From NCBI GenBank assembly GCA_905372305.1, contig CAJPOP010000002.1, forward strand, positions 74,898-138,897: a stretch of DNA of 64,000 nt, read 5' to 3'. A model generated the notes under the pieces. The model did no database searches. It was not told the DNA's origin and saw only the letters and a list, made by a program, of their open reading frames with translations. The position numbers were made by a program, and so were the translations under genes. Of the stretch, positions 1 through 9,600 are shown one piece after another (within the stretch, counting starts at the first letter, position 1; the number at the start of each line of letters is the position of its first letter). Source of the stretch: Candidatus Saccharimonadota bacterium. GTDB taxonomy: Bacteria; Patescibacteriota; Saccharimonadia; Saccharimonadales; Saccharimonadaceae.

Positions 1-386
1 CTGCCCGGAAACAGGAAGCCCATATCTACGACGATAATCTCATCATCGTACTCAATGGCGTTCATGTTTTTACCGATGCCCATTTCGCCGACACCGCCGA
101 TTGGGATAATCCTTAGTTTTGGCTTACCGCCGCGGACACGTTTTGGCTGCATTTTGGCGCTAAATTGCTCGCCGCCATAGCCGTTGTAAACTGATTTGTT
201 GACCGGGATATCGATCACGTGCTGCGACGCCCTGAGATTAACATTCTCGCTCGTCCGACGCTGAGCCCGAAACACCTCGCCCTTGCGAGTAGTGGTGTTA
301 TTTAATACTGCATTATTACTCTTTTTTGATTGTGGACGCTTTTTAGTATCGTCCTTCTGCGGTGTTGCCAGTCGCCGCTGACCCAT
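1..386 (-). CDS. rnj: Ribonuclease J, N-terminal part (runs off the window), with a basic N-terminal extension
   Basis: Manual translation from ATG 386 (AAGGAG upstream): MGQRRLATPQ...KLRIIPIGGVGEMGIGKNMNAIEYDDEIIVVDMGFLFPG, the typical RNase J metallo-beta-lactamase N-terminus. Not in the ORF track. Confidence 0.9.
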   Translation of the reverse strand, partial: MGQRRLATPQKDDTKKRPQSKKSNNAVLNNTTTRKGEVFRAQRRTSENVNLRASQHVIDIPVNKSVYNGYGGEQFSAKMQPKRVRGGKPKLRIIPIGGVGEMGIGKNMNAIEYDDEIIVVDMGFLFPG

Positions 387-477
387 ATTGTTATACTCCT
401 TTTTTATTACAATAATCTAAAAACCAGGTAGAGAGGTGTTATTTTACTCATTAGAAATCCCTCTCGTTAGTAGCTTT

Positions 478-506
478 ATTCTAGCAAACTGTCAGTATTT
501 TGTCAA
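478..506 (-). promoter_or_regulatory. Sigma70-type promoter for rnj
   Basis: Minus strand TTGACA-17 nt-TAGAAT with an extended TG. Confidence 0.65.
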
Positions 507-527
507 AAATAACTCTACGCCAGCTAA

Positions 528-564
528 AATGCCAGCGCCATTTTTTTCAGCGACACTGGCATTT
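528..564 (-). terminator. Probable intrinsic terminator downstream of yhgE/pip
   Basis: Inverted repeat AAATGCCAG...CTGGCATTT just after the stop codon. Confidence 0.5.
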
Positions 565-584
565 CTTAAAAATCTCAAAGAGGA

Positions 585-2696
585 TTAATCGTCGCCATCT
601 ACCGAAGTATGAGCGAATTTGCGCTTGCCGCGGTAGATAAAGAAACCGATCGTTAACAGGTTAGCCGCCAACAAGAATCCCACTAGCACCCACATACTAT
701 CGCTATAGAACGAGCTGCCTAAACCTCCCGAAATAGCCTGGCGCAGCGCCCGGATAGAATAAGTCATCGGCACCAGCGGATTAACCGCCTGAAAGAAGCT
801 ATTGGCTGTTTGAATCGGGAACGTCCCCTCGCTTGACCCCAGCTGCAACACTAATAGTACCATCGCTAGGAAGCGTCCTGGGTTGTCCAGCACAATTACC
901 AGCAGCGACACGATCGACATATAGACAAACGACGTCAAATAAATCGCCCCGATGAAATTCACTGGATGATCTGGCACTAGACCCAGGCAATAAACCATGA
1001 TCAGCATCAAAATTGTTGCCTGAACAAAAGCCGCCACGCCAGTAACCGAAGCTTTGGCCAGCCACCAGCGAAAGGCATTTTCCTGCTCGGCAAAAGTTTT
1101 GCGGATTGGATAAATAATATTCAGAGCAATCGCCCCGACAAACAAGCTCAGCGACAACACATACGGCGCCAGCGCGTAGCCGTAATTCGGCACGTCGCCC
1201 TGTTTGGTCGTTTCCGATTTCACCGGGTTCGCCATCTGCTGCTGGGTAGCTGCGCCAGTTGGTTGTATTTTGAGTTGCTGGGAAGCATCTGCTAGCTTCG
1301 TAGCCAGAGTATCCGCGCCGCCCGCCAATTGCGACGCGCCATTTGTTAATACACCAGAGCGACTATCTAACAGCCGCGCGCCGTTCGCTAGTTGTTGGCT
1401 GCCAGTTTGCGCCTGCGCCAGACCATTCGCCAGCGATGTCGAGCCGGCCAGCAACTGATTATTCGCCGCTCTGACGCTGTTATAGCCATTAAGAGCAGCG
1501 GTTACATTCGGCGCCAGCTGGTTAACGCCGTTGTTCAGCGTCGAAACGCCGGTTTGCAATTGTGCTTGCTGCGTTGACAGACTTTGGGTAAGCATCTGCA
1601 AATCTTTAAGCAGCGCAGCCGCCTGAACGCTAATCGTTTGCGTTTTATTAAGCGCCTGGGAAAGCTGGCTAATTTGCGGCAAATTTATGGTTGTCGAACC
1701 GCCAGAAGCTACCGCCTGGCTGCCCAAATCTTTCAATACAACACCTGCTGCTGATAAATCAGCTAAAGACGCTTGCATTGTTTGCGTCAGATCTCGTGCT
1801 TCACTCTGCACTTTGCTCTGCTGATTAACAAGCGTCGGCGATGGATTATACACGCTGGTATTTAATTGATTAAGGCCTGCCTGCAACTGTTTCATACCGT
1901 TTGTTAACTGCGCAACTTGCGATTCGCTTGGCAAACCGTTCGACAATTGGCCCAAGCCTGCTTGCAATTGGCGCGATCCATCGCCGAGCCGCGCTAAGCC
2001 ATTAGCCATCGCTCGCTGATTTACCGCCAATTGTTTAACACCGCCAGTGTAAGTTTGCGCGCCCGCTTGCAGCTGCGTCAAACCGCCGTGCAGTTTAGCT
2101 GCGCCGCCCGCTGCTGTCTCCAGACCATCGCCGAGCTTACCGATATTTTCCAACGCACCTTTAGCGTACGCCTGAGTAATTTGCTCAGCCACCGACGTTT
2201 TGACTTTTTCAGCCGCTTGATTACTGACCAGCGAACCGATATAGTTCTTGGCTGGCGTAGTCGTGTAGCGAATCACCGCTTGCTGCGGTTGAGCAGCAGT
2301 AATCGACGCCGCTTTTGCCGAAAAATCCGTCGGAACAGTCACCACCGCATAGAAATGCCCGCTATTGACCCCATCATCAGCCTGCTGTTTATTCACAAAT
2401 TCCCAACCCAAATCGTGATTGCTTTTGAGTTTTTGCTCGACCGATTGCCCAATATTGACCGTTTGACCGTTCAGCTGCGCGCCTTTGTCTTCATTGACAA
2501 ATGCCACCGGCAAATTTTTCACCTGCCCATATGGATCCCAAATTGAACCCAAGAAAAAACCGCTGTACATAATCGGAATAAACGAAATAACCGCCATCGA
2601 TAGCAGTAATATTTTGTTTTTACAGAGGTGCTGCCACTCAGCTCGCACCATATTGACGCGGTGCCTGCTTGACAGCCGCTTTAATTTTTCAACCAT
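585..2696 (-). CDS. YhgE/Pip (phage infection protein-like) membrane protein
   Basis: N-terminal TM plus WDPYG..LPVAFVNEDKGA motif, central heptad (LxxGxxQL) repeats, and a C-terminal multi-TM domain with NYGYALAPY and GTFP. Confidence 0.9.
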   Translation of the reverse strand: MVEKLKRLSSRHRVNMVRAEWQHLCKNKILLLSMAVISFIPIMYSGFFLGSIWDPYGQVKNLPVAFVNEDKGAQLNGQTVNIGQSVEQKLKSNHDLGWEFVNKQQADDGVNSGHFYAVVTVPTDFSAKAASITAAQPQQAVIRYTTTPAKNYIGSLVSNQAAEKVKTSVAEQITQAYAKGALENIGKLGDGLETAAGGAAKLHGGLTQLQAGAQTYTGGVKQLAVNQRAMANGLARLGDGSRQLQAGLGQLSNGLPSESQVAQLTNGMKQLQAGLNQLNTSVYNPSPTLVNQQSKVQSEARDLTQTMQASLADLSAAGVVLKDLGSQAVASGGSTTINLPQISQLSQALNKTQTISVQAAALLKDLQMLTQSLSTQQAQLQTGVSTLNNGVNQLAPNVTAALNGYNSVRAANNQLLAGSTSLANGLAQAQTGSQQLANGARLLDSRSGVLTNGASQLAGGADTLATKLADASQQLKIQPTGAATQQQMANPVKSETTKQGDVPNYGYALAPYVLSLSLFVGAIALNIIYPIRKTFAEQENAFRWWLAKASVTGVAAFVQATILMLIMVYCLGLVPDHPVNFIGAIYLTSFVYMSIVSLLVIVLDNPGRFLAMVLLVLQLGSSEGTFPIQTANSFFQAVNPLVPMTYSIRALRQAISGGLGSSFYSDSMWVLVGFLLAANLLTIGFFIYRGKRKFAHTSVDGDD

Positions 2697-3123
2697 GCAT
2701 TACCTCCTTGACAACGTCTTCTAACGTTACCGTTTTTAGATACTCGCTCCACTTCTCTTGCGCCTCGGAAAAGACTTTTTCAATCATATTCATGCCAATT
2801 TCCACCTGGCGAGGCCGCGACGCAAATACCCGCTCGACAATTCCTTGAGGCTGAAAAAACGGTGCTTCGCCTTCAATCGCCAGCACCACATCATGCAGCG
2901 TCACTTGGCCCATTTCCCGCGCCAAAATGAAACCGCCGCCAGCGCCCTGCGTCGAGGTAATCAACCGCGCCACCACCAGCTTGCGGCTAATTTTCTTCAG
3001 ATAGGTCGGCGATACTGCCATCTTTTCTGCCAAAGCATCGTTGGTTATCGGCGCTTTTCGCTGCGGGTCAGCCAAAATCGCCATGATACAGCAGGCTTGT
3101 TCGACAGCTCCCGATAGTTTCAT
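2689..3123 (-). CDS. Rrf2-family transcriptional regulator
   Basis: Winged-HTH motifs VSPTYLKKISRKLVVARLITSTQGAGGGFIL and VTLHDVVLAIEG. Start moved to MKLSG (3123), which has an AAGGA RBS. Confidence 0.9.
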   Translation of the reverse strand: MKLSGAVEQACCIMAILADPQRKAPITNDALAEKMAVSPTYLKKISRKLVVARLITSTQGAGGGFILAREMGQVTLHDVVLAIEGEAPFFQPQGIVERVFASRPRQVEIGMNMIEKVFSEAQEKWSEYLKTVTLEDVVKEVMHG

Positions 3124-3145
3124 ATTAGTCCTTCCGTAAATTAGA

Positions 3146-3195
3146 TATAGTGGATATCGATTATCCACTATACTACGGTTGCTTAATTTTGGCAA
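3146..3195 (-). promoter_or_regulatory. Promoter with overlapping palindromic operator upstream of rrf2
   Basis: TTGCCA-17-TATAGT on the minus strand; an 11-bp inverted repeat TATAGTGGATA-N5-TATCCACTATA (3146-3172) overlaps the -10. Confidence 0.6.
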
Positions 3196-3267
3196 GAGTT
3201 TAATAAACGGATTGGGAATAAGCCTCGGCTTTTGAGCAGATATCTATAGGTTGCCAGCGTGCCAACC

Positions 3268-3852
3268 TTACGATTCAGGATTATTCTGCTGCACAAACGC
3301 CGCCGCCCGCATAAAATCATCAATCAGCGTCTGGCGCATACCGCCATTGTACAGCGCCGCTGCCGGATGATACAGAGGAATCACTACAAACTCCAGCTCA
3401 TGCAAGCGTACCCGCCGCGGCCGTCCATGATCTTGGCTAATCCTTAATCCAGGAATAAAACCGCCGCCGCTGTGCCGCCCTAATGTTAACACCGCTTTTG
3501 GCTGAATAATTTCTAATTGCCGCATCAAATACGGCCAAAACTGGCGCTTCTCCTCTGGCAGCGGGTCGCGGTTATTTGGCGGCCGATACTTCACAATGTT
3601 GGTAATATAAACATCTGAGCGCCGCAAACCAGCTGCCGCCAGCATCTCATCGAGGAATTTACCCGCTGCACCGACGAACGGCTTGCCCTGCAAATCCTCA
3701 TTCTTGCCCGGCGCTTCGCCGATAAATACGATATCAGCATCAGCATTGCCATCGCCCATCACCAGCTGCGTTGCTTGAGCCGCCAATTCCGAACAAATCC
3801 CAGCTTCGACAATTTCCGCCGCCAATGCGTCTAATTCAGCTTGCTTATCCAT
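3268..3852 (-). CDS. Uracil-DNA glycosylase, family 4
   Basis: Motifs IGEAPG, GKPFVGAAG, YITNIVKYRPPNNRDP and YHPAAALY. Confidence 0.93.
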   Translation of the reverse strand: MDKQAELDALAAEIVEAGICSELAAQATQLVMGDGNADADIVFIGEAPGKNEDLQGKPFVGAAGKFLDEMLAAAGLRRSDVYITNIVKYRPPNNRDPLPEEKRQFWPYLMRQLEIIQPKAVLTLGRHSGGGFIPGLRISQDHGRPRRVRLHELEFVVIPLYHPAAALYNGGMRQTLIDDFMRAAAFVQQNNPES

Positions 3853-3901
3853 AACTTAGTAAAAGCCGCCCCAATTGAAGCGAGGCGGCCGTATTTTCCT
3901 C

Positions 3902-4864
3902 TTACGAATCTTTACCCTTATGCGATAACTCTTCAATCAAATCGTTTACCTCATTCTTGATCTGCGCCTCATCAGTCCGCTTGTCGACCGAATTAGTCCA
4001 TTTTTTATGCGCCGCTTCAAACCGATCGGCAGCATCCATGTATTTATCATAGGCATTTGAATCGTAAGAGTAGCTGCTTGAACTTTTAGCATTCGCGTAA
4101 TCTCTTGCTGCTCTCAAATAATTTGCCGCTTCTGTCATCATTTGCTTCGTATCAGCATCGCTAGTAGAAATATTATCAATGTCAGTAATTGCTTTATTAA
4201 TATCCGATATTGTTGAAGAGCTGTTAAGCTGTAATGCCTTAAAGAATGCCGGCAATACCTTTTCTCCTAGTTCAATTGAAAAATCAATCATCTTATTGAA
4301 CTTATCGCGCTTTTCGTTTAACTTATCCCATTTTTCTTTTACTTTTTTATCGCCGGTAATTGCCTTCATCTTGCTGAGTTTGTTAAATTTCTCATCCAGC
4401 GTCTTCTTTGACTTTTTCAGCGAATCAATTGTGCTTGAGTTATTTGCCCCTTTTGTACTCGACGAAAACAAAGCATATGTTTTATCCGAAATATCCGAAT
4501 AAGCAGTGTGTGCTTCATCCAGCACTTTCTGCGCCTCCATATAATCTTTGTCCGATGGACCAGAGAACACAATCAAAGACACAACTATTGCTACGACTAT
4601 CAAGACAAGTCCGACGACTCCGCCGATAATCCCCCATAATAGACCTTTATTTATTCTTTTTGGCGGCATTTGATACGGCTGCATTGGCTGCTGCATCATC
4701 GGCTGCATCGGTGCTTGACCAGGCATCGGCGGCTGGCCGCCAGGTACTGGCTGCGGCGGCGTCAATTGCTGCTGCGGCTGCCCGTACTGTTGGGGCGAAG
4801 TTGGCGGACCCTGTGGCGGTGCCGGCTGGAATGGCATTTGAGGCGATTGCGGTTGTTCGTTCAT
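3902..4864 (-). CDS. Pro/Gln-rich N-terminus, single-pass membrane protein with helical extracellular domain
   Basis: P/Q-rich N-terminus, one TM helix (LLWGIIGGVVGLVLIVVAIVVSLIVF), K/D/S-rich helical C-terminus. Paralog of the next gene. Confidence 0.8.
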   Translation of the reverse strand: MNEQPQSPQMPFQPAPPQGPPTSPQQYGQPQQQLTPPQPVPGGQPPMPGQAPMQPMMQQPMQPYQMPPKRINKGLLWGIIGGVVGLVLIVVAIVVSLIVFSGPSDKDYMEAQKVLDEAHTAYSDISDKTYALFSSSTKGANNSSTIDSLKKSKKTLDEKFNKLSKMKAITGDKKVKEKWDKLNEKRDKFNKMIDFSIELGEKVLPAFFKALQLNSSSTISDINKAITDIDNISTSDADTKQMMTEAANYLRAARDYANAKSSSSYSYDSNAYDKYMDAADRFEAAHKKWTNSVDKRTDEAQIKNEVNDLIEELSHKGKDS

Positions 4865-4902
4865 GAATTCTCCTTTTTTCTTTTTTATACCAAAAGTATA
4901 CC

Positions 4903-4932
4903 AAAAAACGCCCCGTCTGGCGAGGCGTTTTT
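4903..4932. terminator. Intrinsic terminator hairpin
   Basis: AAAAAACGCC-CCGTCTGGCGA-GGCGTTTTT with A/T tails on both sides. Confidence 0.65.
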
Positions 4933-4951
4933 AATGATCTGCTAAAATCGA

Positions 4952-5833
4952 CTATTTATTAGCTTTTTCCTCTAGGATATTCTTAAAATCACTATATGAG
5001 TCGTCCAACGCTTTCGTATCAGCACTTTTTGACATGGATGAAATAAGCGACGATGTGCTTGGATATTTCGGGTATGTCGGATAAGCCGATGAAGTATCTT
5101 TACTGCTGTATCTTTTAGCTACGTCTACGTAATATTTCTTCAGCGCCGAATAGTATTCTGACATACTTTTAGCAAATTCTGACACCTTTGAATTACCGGA
5201 TTTTTCCATATCTTTCAACGTTTTAATACAGTCTTTCGTTTTTTCGTCGAATTCTTTTGCCACCTCGTCGCCAGTCTTCGTTGTGTAGCTCACGCTTACA
5301 TAGGCTTTGCAAACTTTTGCATACTTTCTGTAGGAGCCTATACCCTCGGCAGCTTCAGCTAACTGTTTCTTGCTTTTATTCCATTCGTCAATGTACTTAT
5401 CGTAGGCAGTTTTCAGTTCTTTGTCTTTAAGAGCTTTGTGCGAATCTATTTTTTTATGATATTCGTCAATCTTTTCTATAGCCTTATCAACATTCTTTTT
5501 ATAATTATCAGGATCTGAACTCATACCTCCAGAGATGTCCGACCGGTTAAAACTATTAATCGTCGATACCAAGTCTTTATAGTCTTCCTTGCTTGGGCCG
5601 CCTAAAAAGACAATAGCCAAAATTACTGCTACGACAACTACCACCAGGCCGATTGAACCGCCGATAATCCCCCACAGGACGCCTTTACTCATTTTTTTCT
5701 TTGGCGGCATTTGATACGGCGGTGTACCGGGCTGCGCTGGTGTCTGACCAGGCATCGGCGGCTGGCCGCCAGGTACTGGCTGCGGCGCTGGCTGAACTGG
5801 CGCTTGTTTCTGCTGGTTATTACTATTATCCAT
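4952..5833 (-). CDS. Pro/Gln-rich N-terminus, single-pass membrane protein (paralog of 3902-4864)
   Basis: Shares PQPVPGGQPPMPGQ, YQMPPK, LWGIIGG and GPSxxDY motifs with 3902-4864. Confidence 0.8.
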   Translation of the reverse strand: MDNSNNQQKQAPVQPAPQPVPGGQPPMPGQTPAQPGTPPYQMPPKKKMSKGVLWGIIGGSIGLVVVVVAVILAIVFLGGPSKEDYKDLVSTINSFNRSDISGGMSSDPDNYKKNVDKAIEKIDEYHKKIDSHKALKDKELKTAYDKYIDEWNKSKKQLAEAAEGIGSYRKYAKVCKAYVSVSYTTKTGDEVAKEFDEKTKDCIKTLKDMEKSGNSKVSEFAKSMSEYYSALKKYYVDVAKRYSSKDTSSAYPTYPKYPSTSSLISSMSKSADTKALDDSYSDFKNILEEKANK

Positions 5834-5867
5834 ACTCCTCCTCGTTAACCTCCTCTTAGTATACCAT

Positions 5868-7985
5868 TTACAACCCGATCATCGTCAAGTTAATCTTACC
5901 GCGCTCATCGATGCCGGTAATTTTCACGCGAACGGTTTGTCCTTCCTTGACCACATCAGTCACCTTAGCCACGCGGTGATCGGCCAGCTTCGAGATATGC
6001 ACCATCCCGTCAATCCCCGGCAAGATATTCACAAACGCCCCGAAATCTTTGATACTGACCACTCTGCCTTCGTAGATTTTGCCAACTTCTGGCTCTTCGA
6101 CCAGGCTTTTAATCCAGTTGAGCGCCTTCTCAATCGATTCGCCGTTCGGACTGGCGATGGTAATCAAGCCGTCTTCCTTGATATCAACCTCAGCACCAGT
6201 CTCGCTAGTAATCTTGTTAATCACCTCGCCGCCTTTGCCAATGACCGCGCCAATTTTATCCGGATCAATCTTTAGCTTTTCAATCCGCGGCGCGTACGGG
6301 CTAAGTGCTTCACGCGGCGCTGGCAAAATACTCAGCATATGGTCAAGAATAAATGCCCGGCCCGCCTTACTCTGCTCAATCGCTTGGCGCAGCACTGCCA
6401 CCGGCAAACCATGCACTTTCATATCCATCTGTAGCGCCGTGATGCCCTTGGCTGTACCAGTCACCTTGAAATCCATATCGCCGGCAAAGTCCTCGGCATC
6501 TGCAATATCACTCAGTACGTACGGCGTATCACCGTCCATCATTAAACCCATAGCAATGCCGCTAACCGGCGCCGTCAAGGGCACGCCAGCATCCATCAGC
6601 GCCAGACAGCTTGAACAGGTCGCTGCCATCGACGTCGAACCGTTTTGGCTCATAATTTCAGTGACGCTACGAATAGCGTATGGGAAGTCTTCTTCACTCG
6701 GCAGCACTGGCGTCAAGGCTCGTTCCGCCAAGTAGCCGTGACCAATTTCGCGCCGGCCTGGACTGCCCATCCGCTTAACCTCGCCAACCGTATAACCTGG
6801 CGCATTGTAATGATGCATATAGCGCCGCTCGCCGTCGTTGACCTCCATAGTATCAACCAGCTGCGCGTAACTCAGCGGTGCCAAGGTCACGATATTCATA
6901 CCCTGCGTCACGCCGCGGGTGAACAAGCTCGAACCGTGCGCTCGCGGCAATAAACCAACCTCTGAGCTTAGCGGGCGAATTTCCGTCAAAGCGCGGCCAT
7001 CCGGGCGCTTGCCGTCCTCGACGATACCGCGGCGAACATCTTTGTGCAACGCCAAGGTAAATGCTTCATCGTATTCGTCGCGTACTTCGTCGTATTCCTC
7101 AGCGCCCAAACCCAGCTTTTCGGCCATCGCTTCGTGAAATGCCCAGCGGATTTCGTTAACTACCTCGTTGCGCTCCGGATACGGCCGGCGGATTTTCTCG
7201 CCTAATTTGCCATCAACCCACTCGTCAGCCGTCTGCTGAATTGCTTCGTCGGGTAAGACTAATTCATATTCTTGTGCGGCTGGTGCAACTTTGGCTGCTA
7301 ATTCCCGCTGCAAGGCAATCGCTGGCTGCATCATCTGGTGCGCCCAGGCCATGGCGTCGACGATCACCTCTTCTGATACTTCCTTGGCGCCGGCTTCCAC
7401 CATGGTGATGCCGCTCTCAATACCCGCCACCACCAGGTCCAAATCAGATTGCTGGCGCTCCTCGGGCGTCAAAAAGGCCTTAAACTCGCCATTCACGCGG
7501 CCCACCCGCAGGCCCGCCACCGGCCCGTCAAACGGCGTGCCGGTCAGCATCAAGGCGCTCGACGCTGCAATCATCGCCACCACGTCCGGGCGGAAATCCG
7601 GATCCATACTCAGCACCGTCGCCACGACTTGCACTTCTTGGCGGTAGCCCTTTGGAAATAGCGGCCGAATCGGACGGTCAATCAACCGACCGATCAGTAC
7701 TGCTTCGTCGCTGGGACGGCCTTCGCGCTTAATAAACCGCGAGCCAGAAATTTTACCCGCCGCATAAAACCGCTCTTCATAATCAATCGACAGCGGGAAA
7801 TAGTCCAGCTGCACCGGCCGGCTGCCTACCTGAGCACTGCCCAACACCACCGTATCGCCATAGCGCACCAGTACGCTGCCCGTCGTCCGGAAACCAACTC
7901 GGTTGACCTCCAGCGTCAGCGGCCGGCCGCACAGCTCGGTGGTAACGCTAAAAATCTCCTTGCCGCTCGGGTTAATAATTGCCAT
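5868..7985 (-). CDS. pnp: Polyribonucleotide nucleotidyltransferase (PNPase)
   Basis: Two RNase PH domains (REGRPS, RREIGHG, NGSTSMA, DMDFKV), plus KH (IGKGGEVI) and S1 domains. Confidence 0.98.
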   Translation of the reverse strand: MAIINPSGKEIFSVTTELCGRPLTLEVNRVGFRTTGSVLVRYGDTVVLGSAQVGSRPVQLDYFPLSIDYEERFYAAGKISGSRFIKREGRPSDEAVLIGRLIDRPIRPLFPKGYRQEVQVVATVLSMDPDFRPDVVAMIAASSALMLTGTPFDGPVAGLRVGRVNGEFKAFLTPEERQQSDLDLVVAGIESGITMVEAGAKEVSEEVIVDAMAWAHQMMQPAIALQRELAAKVAPAAQEYELVLPDEAIQQTADEWVDGKLGEKIRRPYPERNEVVNEIRWAFHEAMAEKLGLGAEEYDEVRDEYDEAFTLALHKDVRRGIVEDGKRPDGRALTEIRPLSSEVGLLPRAHGSSLFTRGVTQGMNIVTLAPLSYAQLVDTMEVNDGERRYMHHYNAPGYTVGEVKRMGSPGRREIGHGYLAERALTPVLPSEEDFPYAIRSVTEIMSQNGSTSMAATCSSCLALMDAGVPLTAPVSGIAMGLMMDGDTPYVLSDIADAEDFAGDMDFKVTGTAKGITALQMDMKVHGLPVAVLRQAIEQSKAGRAFILDHMLSILPAPREALSPYAPRIEKLKIDPDKIGAVIGKGGEVINKITSETGAEVDIKEDGLITIASPNGESIEKALNWIKSLVEEPEVGKIYEGRVVSIKDFGAFVNILPGIDGMVHISKLADHRVAKVTDVVKEGQTVRVKITGIDERGKINLTMIGL

Positions 7986-8000
7986 AGATCCTCTCTTTCT

Positions 8001-8070
8001 CGCAAAGACAGTAACAGGTGTATGCGTGCTGGTTTACTATCAACACACCACACATCCATCACCGTCTGCG
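8001..8070 (-). promoter_or_regulatory. Long stem-loop in the pnp 5' leader
   Basis: Minus strand CGCA-GACGGTGATGG...GTGTGTTG-loop-CAGCACGC...CTGTTACTGTC-TTTGCG with G-U pairs; TGATATAAT upstream at about 8090-8098. Confidence 0.6.
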
Positions 8071-8262
8071 GGTTATATTCGCGCCTTTTATTATATCACA
8101 GCGCTGCTGTACGCTTTAACTTTATAAGAAAGCCTACCAGACGCAATCCGCTCTGAAAATCAATCTCCTTCGATGAACGGCAGCTCACTATACAATACAC
8201 GTTACATTTGCTCCTATGGCGCCTGGCCTAACCGTTTAACTCTGCTTGCTGCTTCGTATTTC

Positions 8263-9462
8263 CTACAAATCAGCCAGCTCTCTAGCGTCCGGATTTTCGC
8301 CACGCAATACGGCGTGAACACGCTTATCAGCCTTATAGGTTGCCGGAATCTCTCCTAGCGCTTTTAGGACATTCTCTGGGCTTGACGGCCTATACGGCGA
8401 GACAGGGGGAGCAATGACCATATCCCTTGTCCCGGGGTGTTCCAATATCCGAATAGCGACATCAGTAGCGGCTCGAAGATAGTGCGGTAAATTTGCAACG
8501 ATGCTGAGAGGATGCTCTTTATTGCGCTCTAGGACACCTAAATCTAGTAGTTCTTTGATCTGACTATCACTCGTTGGCCGTGGAACACCGCGCTTTCTCG
8601 GTACTGCAGCAGCATTTAGCAATGTTGCGCGAGTTCCATCAAGCAAGTGATACGTTACCAAGACATTTTCTCGATCCGGAACACCCGGTATACTTGGCTG
8701 GTTGCCGCTAGGCGCAATCTCCTCAATACCATTCTCCCAGTCAATTAAGCCATGCCTATCAAAGTAAGCCTCAAGACCCAGCCGTCCAATCGCCAGCTCC
8801 GTAGCGAATGCCTCATCCCAACTACCAGCCTCAACCTTTTTGCGTAGCTCATCCCGCAGCCAAGGTGATTTTTCCTTGAGCCTATCCATGTCAACACCGC
8901 CAAGCGATCTTGATACCGCCGACAAAATAGCATCAGGATCTTTTTCGGTTGGTATGCCATTCCAGCGCTGACGCTGTCCGACCAGTAAATACGTATCCCG
9001 AACAGCAATATCTCGTGGATTTTCACCTCGTGCAGCTTGTAGACGTCTTGGCATCTCTCCCGCTGATCCGCCTAGAATAATACTGTTACCATACTCTACA
9101 GTAGTATCGGCCGGATTTGACTCTAGAAAACGCATATCGCCATAATGCAGCTGTTTAGCCAACGGTTGCAACCTAGGATAGTTTTCCTCATTGACCCGCA
9201 CCTTACCGTCGCCACCCTCCATAGTACCATGCTGAACACCCATAAAGCGCGCCCACATGAAATCTCGCGAATCTGACGCCAACTCACCACCACTTTCAAC
9301 ATCACTAGCAACCGCCTGCGCAGCTTCAGCAAATTGTTGGTTAGAACGGTCTGTTGCGATAACGCCTAATATATCAATTATGGCCTGGCGATTTCCTTCG
9401 TCAAGAAATTCTCTTTTCGGCACCCAGAGTGGCTCATTGGGAAGTGTAGATTCTCTATTCAT
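8263..9462 (-). CDS. Hypothetical protein, possibly distantly YdcF/DUF218-like
   Basis: Long open frame (about 400 aa). Segments IILGG, LLVGQR and IVANLPHYLRA loosely resemble the DUF218 fold; function not assignable. Confidence 0.6.
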   Translation of the reverse strand: MNRESTLPNEPLWVPKREFLDEGNRQAIIDILGVIATDRSNQQFAEAAQAVASDVESGGELASDSRDFMWARFMGVQHGTMEGGDGKVRVNEENYPRLQPLAKQLHYGDMRFLESNPADTTVEYGNSIILGGSAGEMPRRLQAARGENPRDIAVRDTYLLVGQRQRWNGIPTEKDPDAILSAVSRSLGGVDMDRLKEKSPWLRDELRKKVEAGSWDEAFATELAIGRLGLEAYFDRHGLIDWENGIEEIAPSGNQPSIPGVPDRENVLVTYHLLDGTRATLLNAAAVPRKRGVPRPTSDSQIKELLDLGVLERNKEHPLSIVANLPHYLRAATDVAIRILEHPGTRDMVIAPPVSPYRPSSPENVLKALGEIPATYKADKRVHAVLRGENPDARELADL

Positions 9463-9600
9463 ACAGTGAATTGTAACATAAAAATCATAATAACTCAACC
9501 CCTCCGTAAAGGTTCACTACCTTCGCAACATCCTCTGCCTAAAAAAACAGACTATCCTACACTAGATTAGTACCACCTAATCAGAAAGGAGTAGCCTGCT

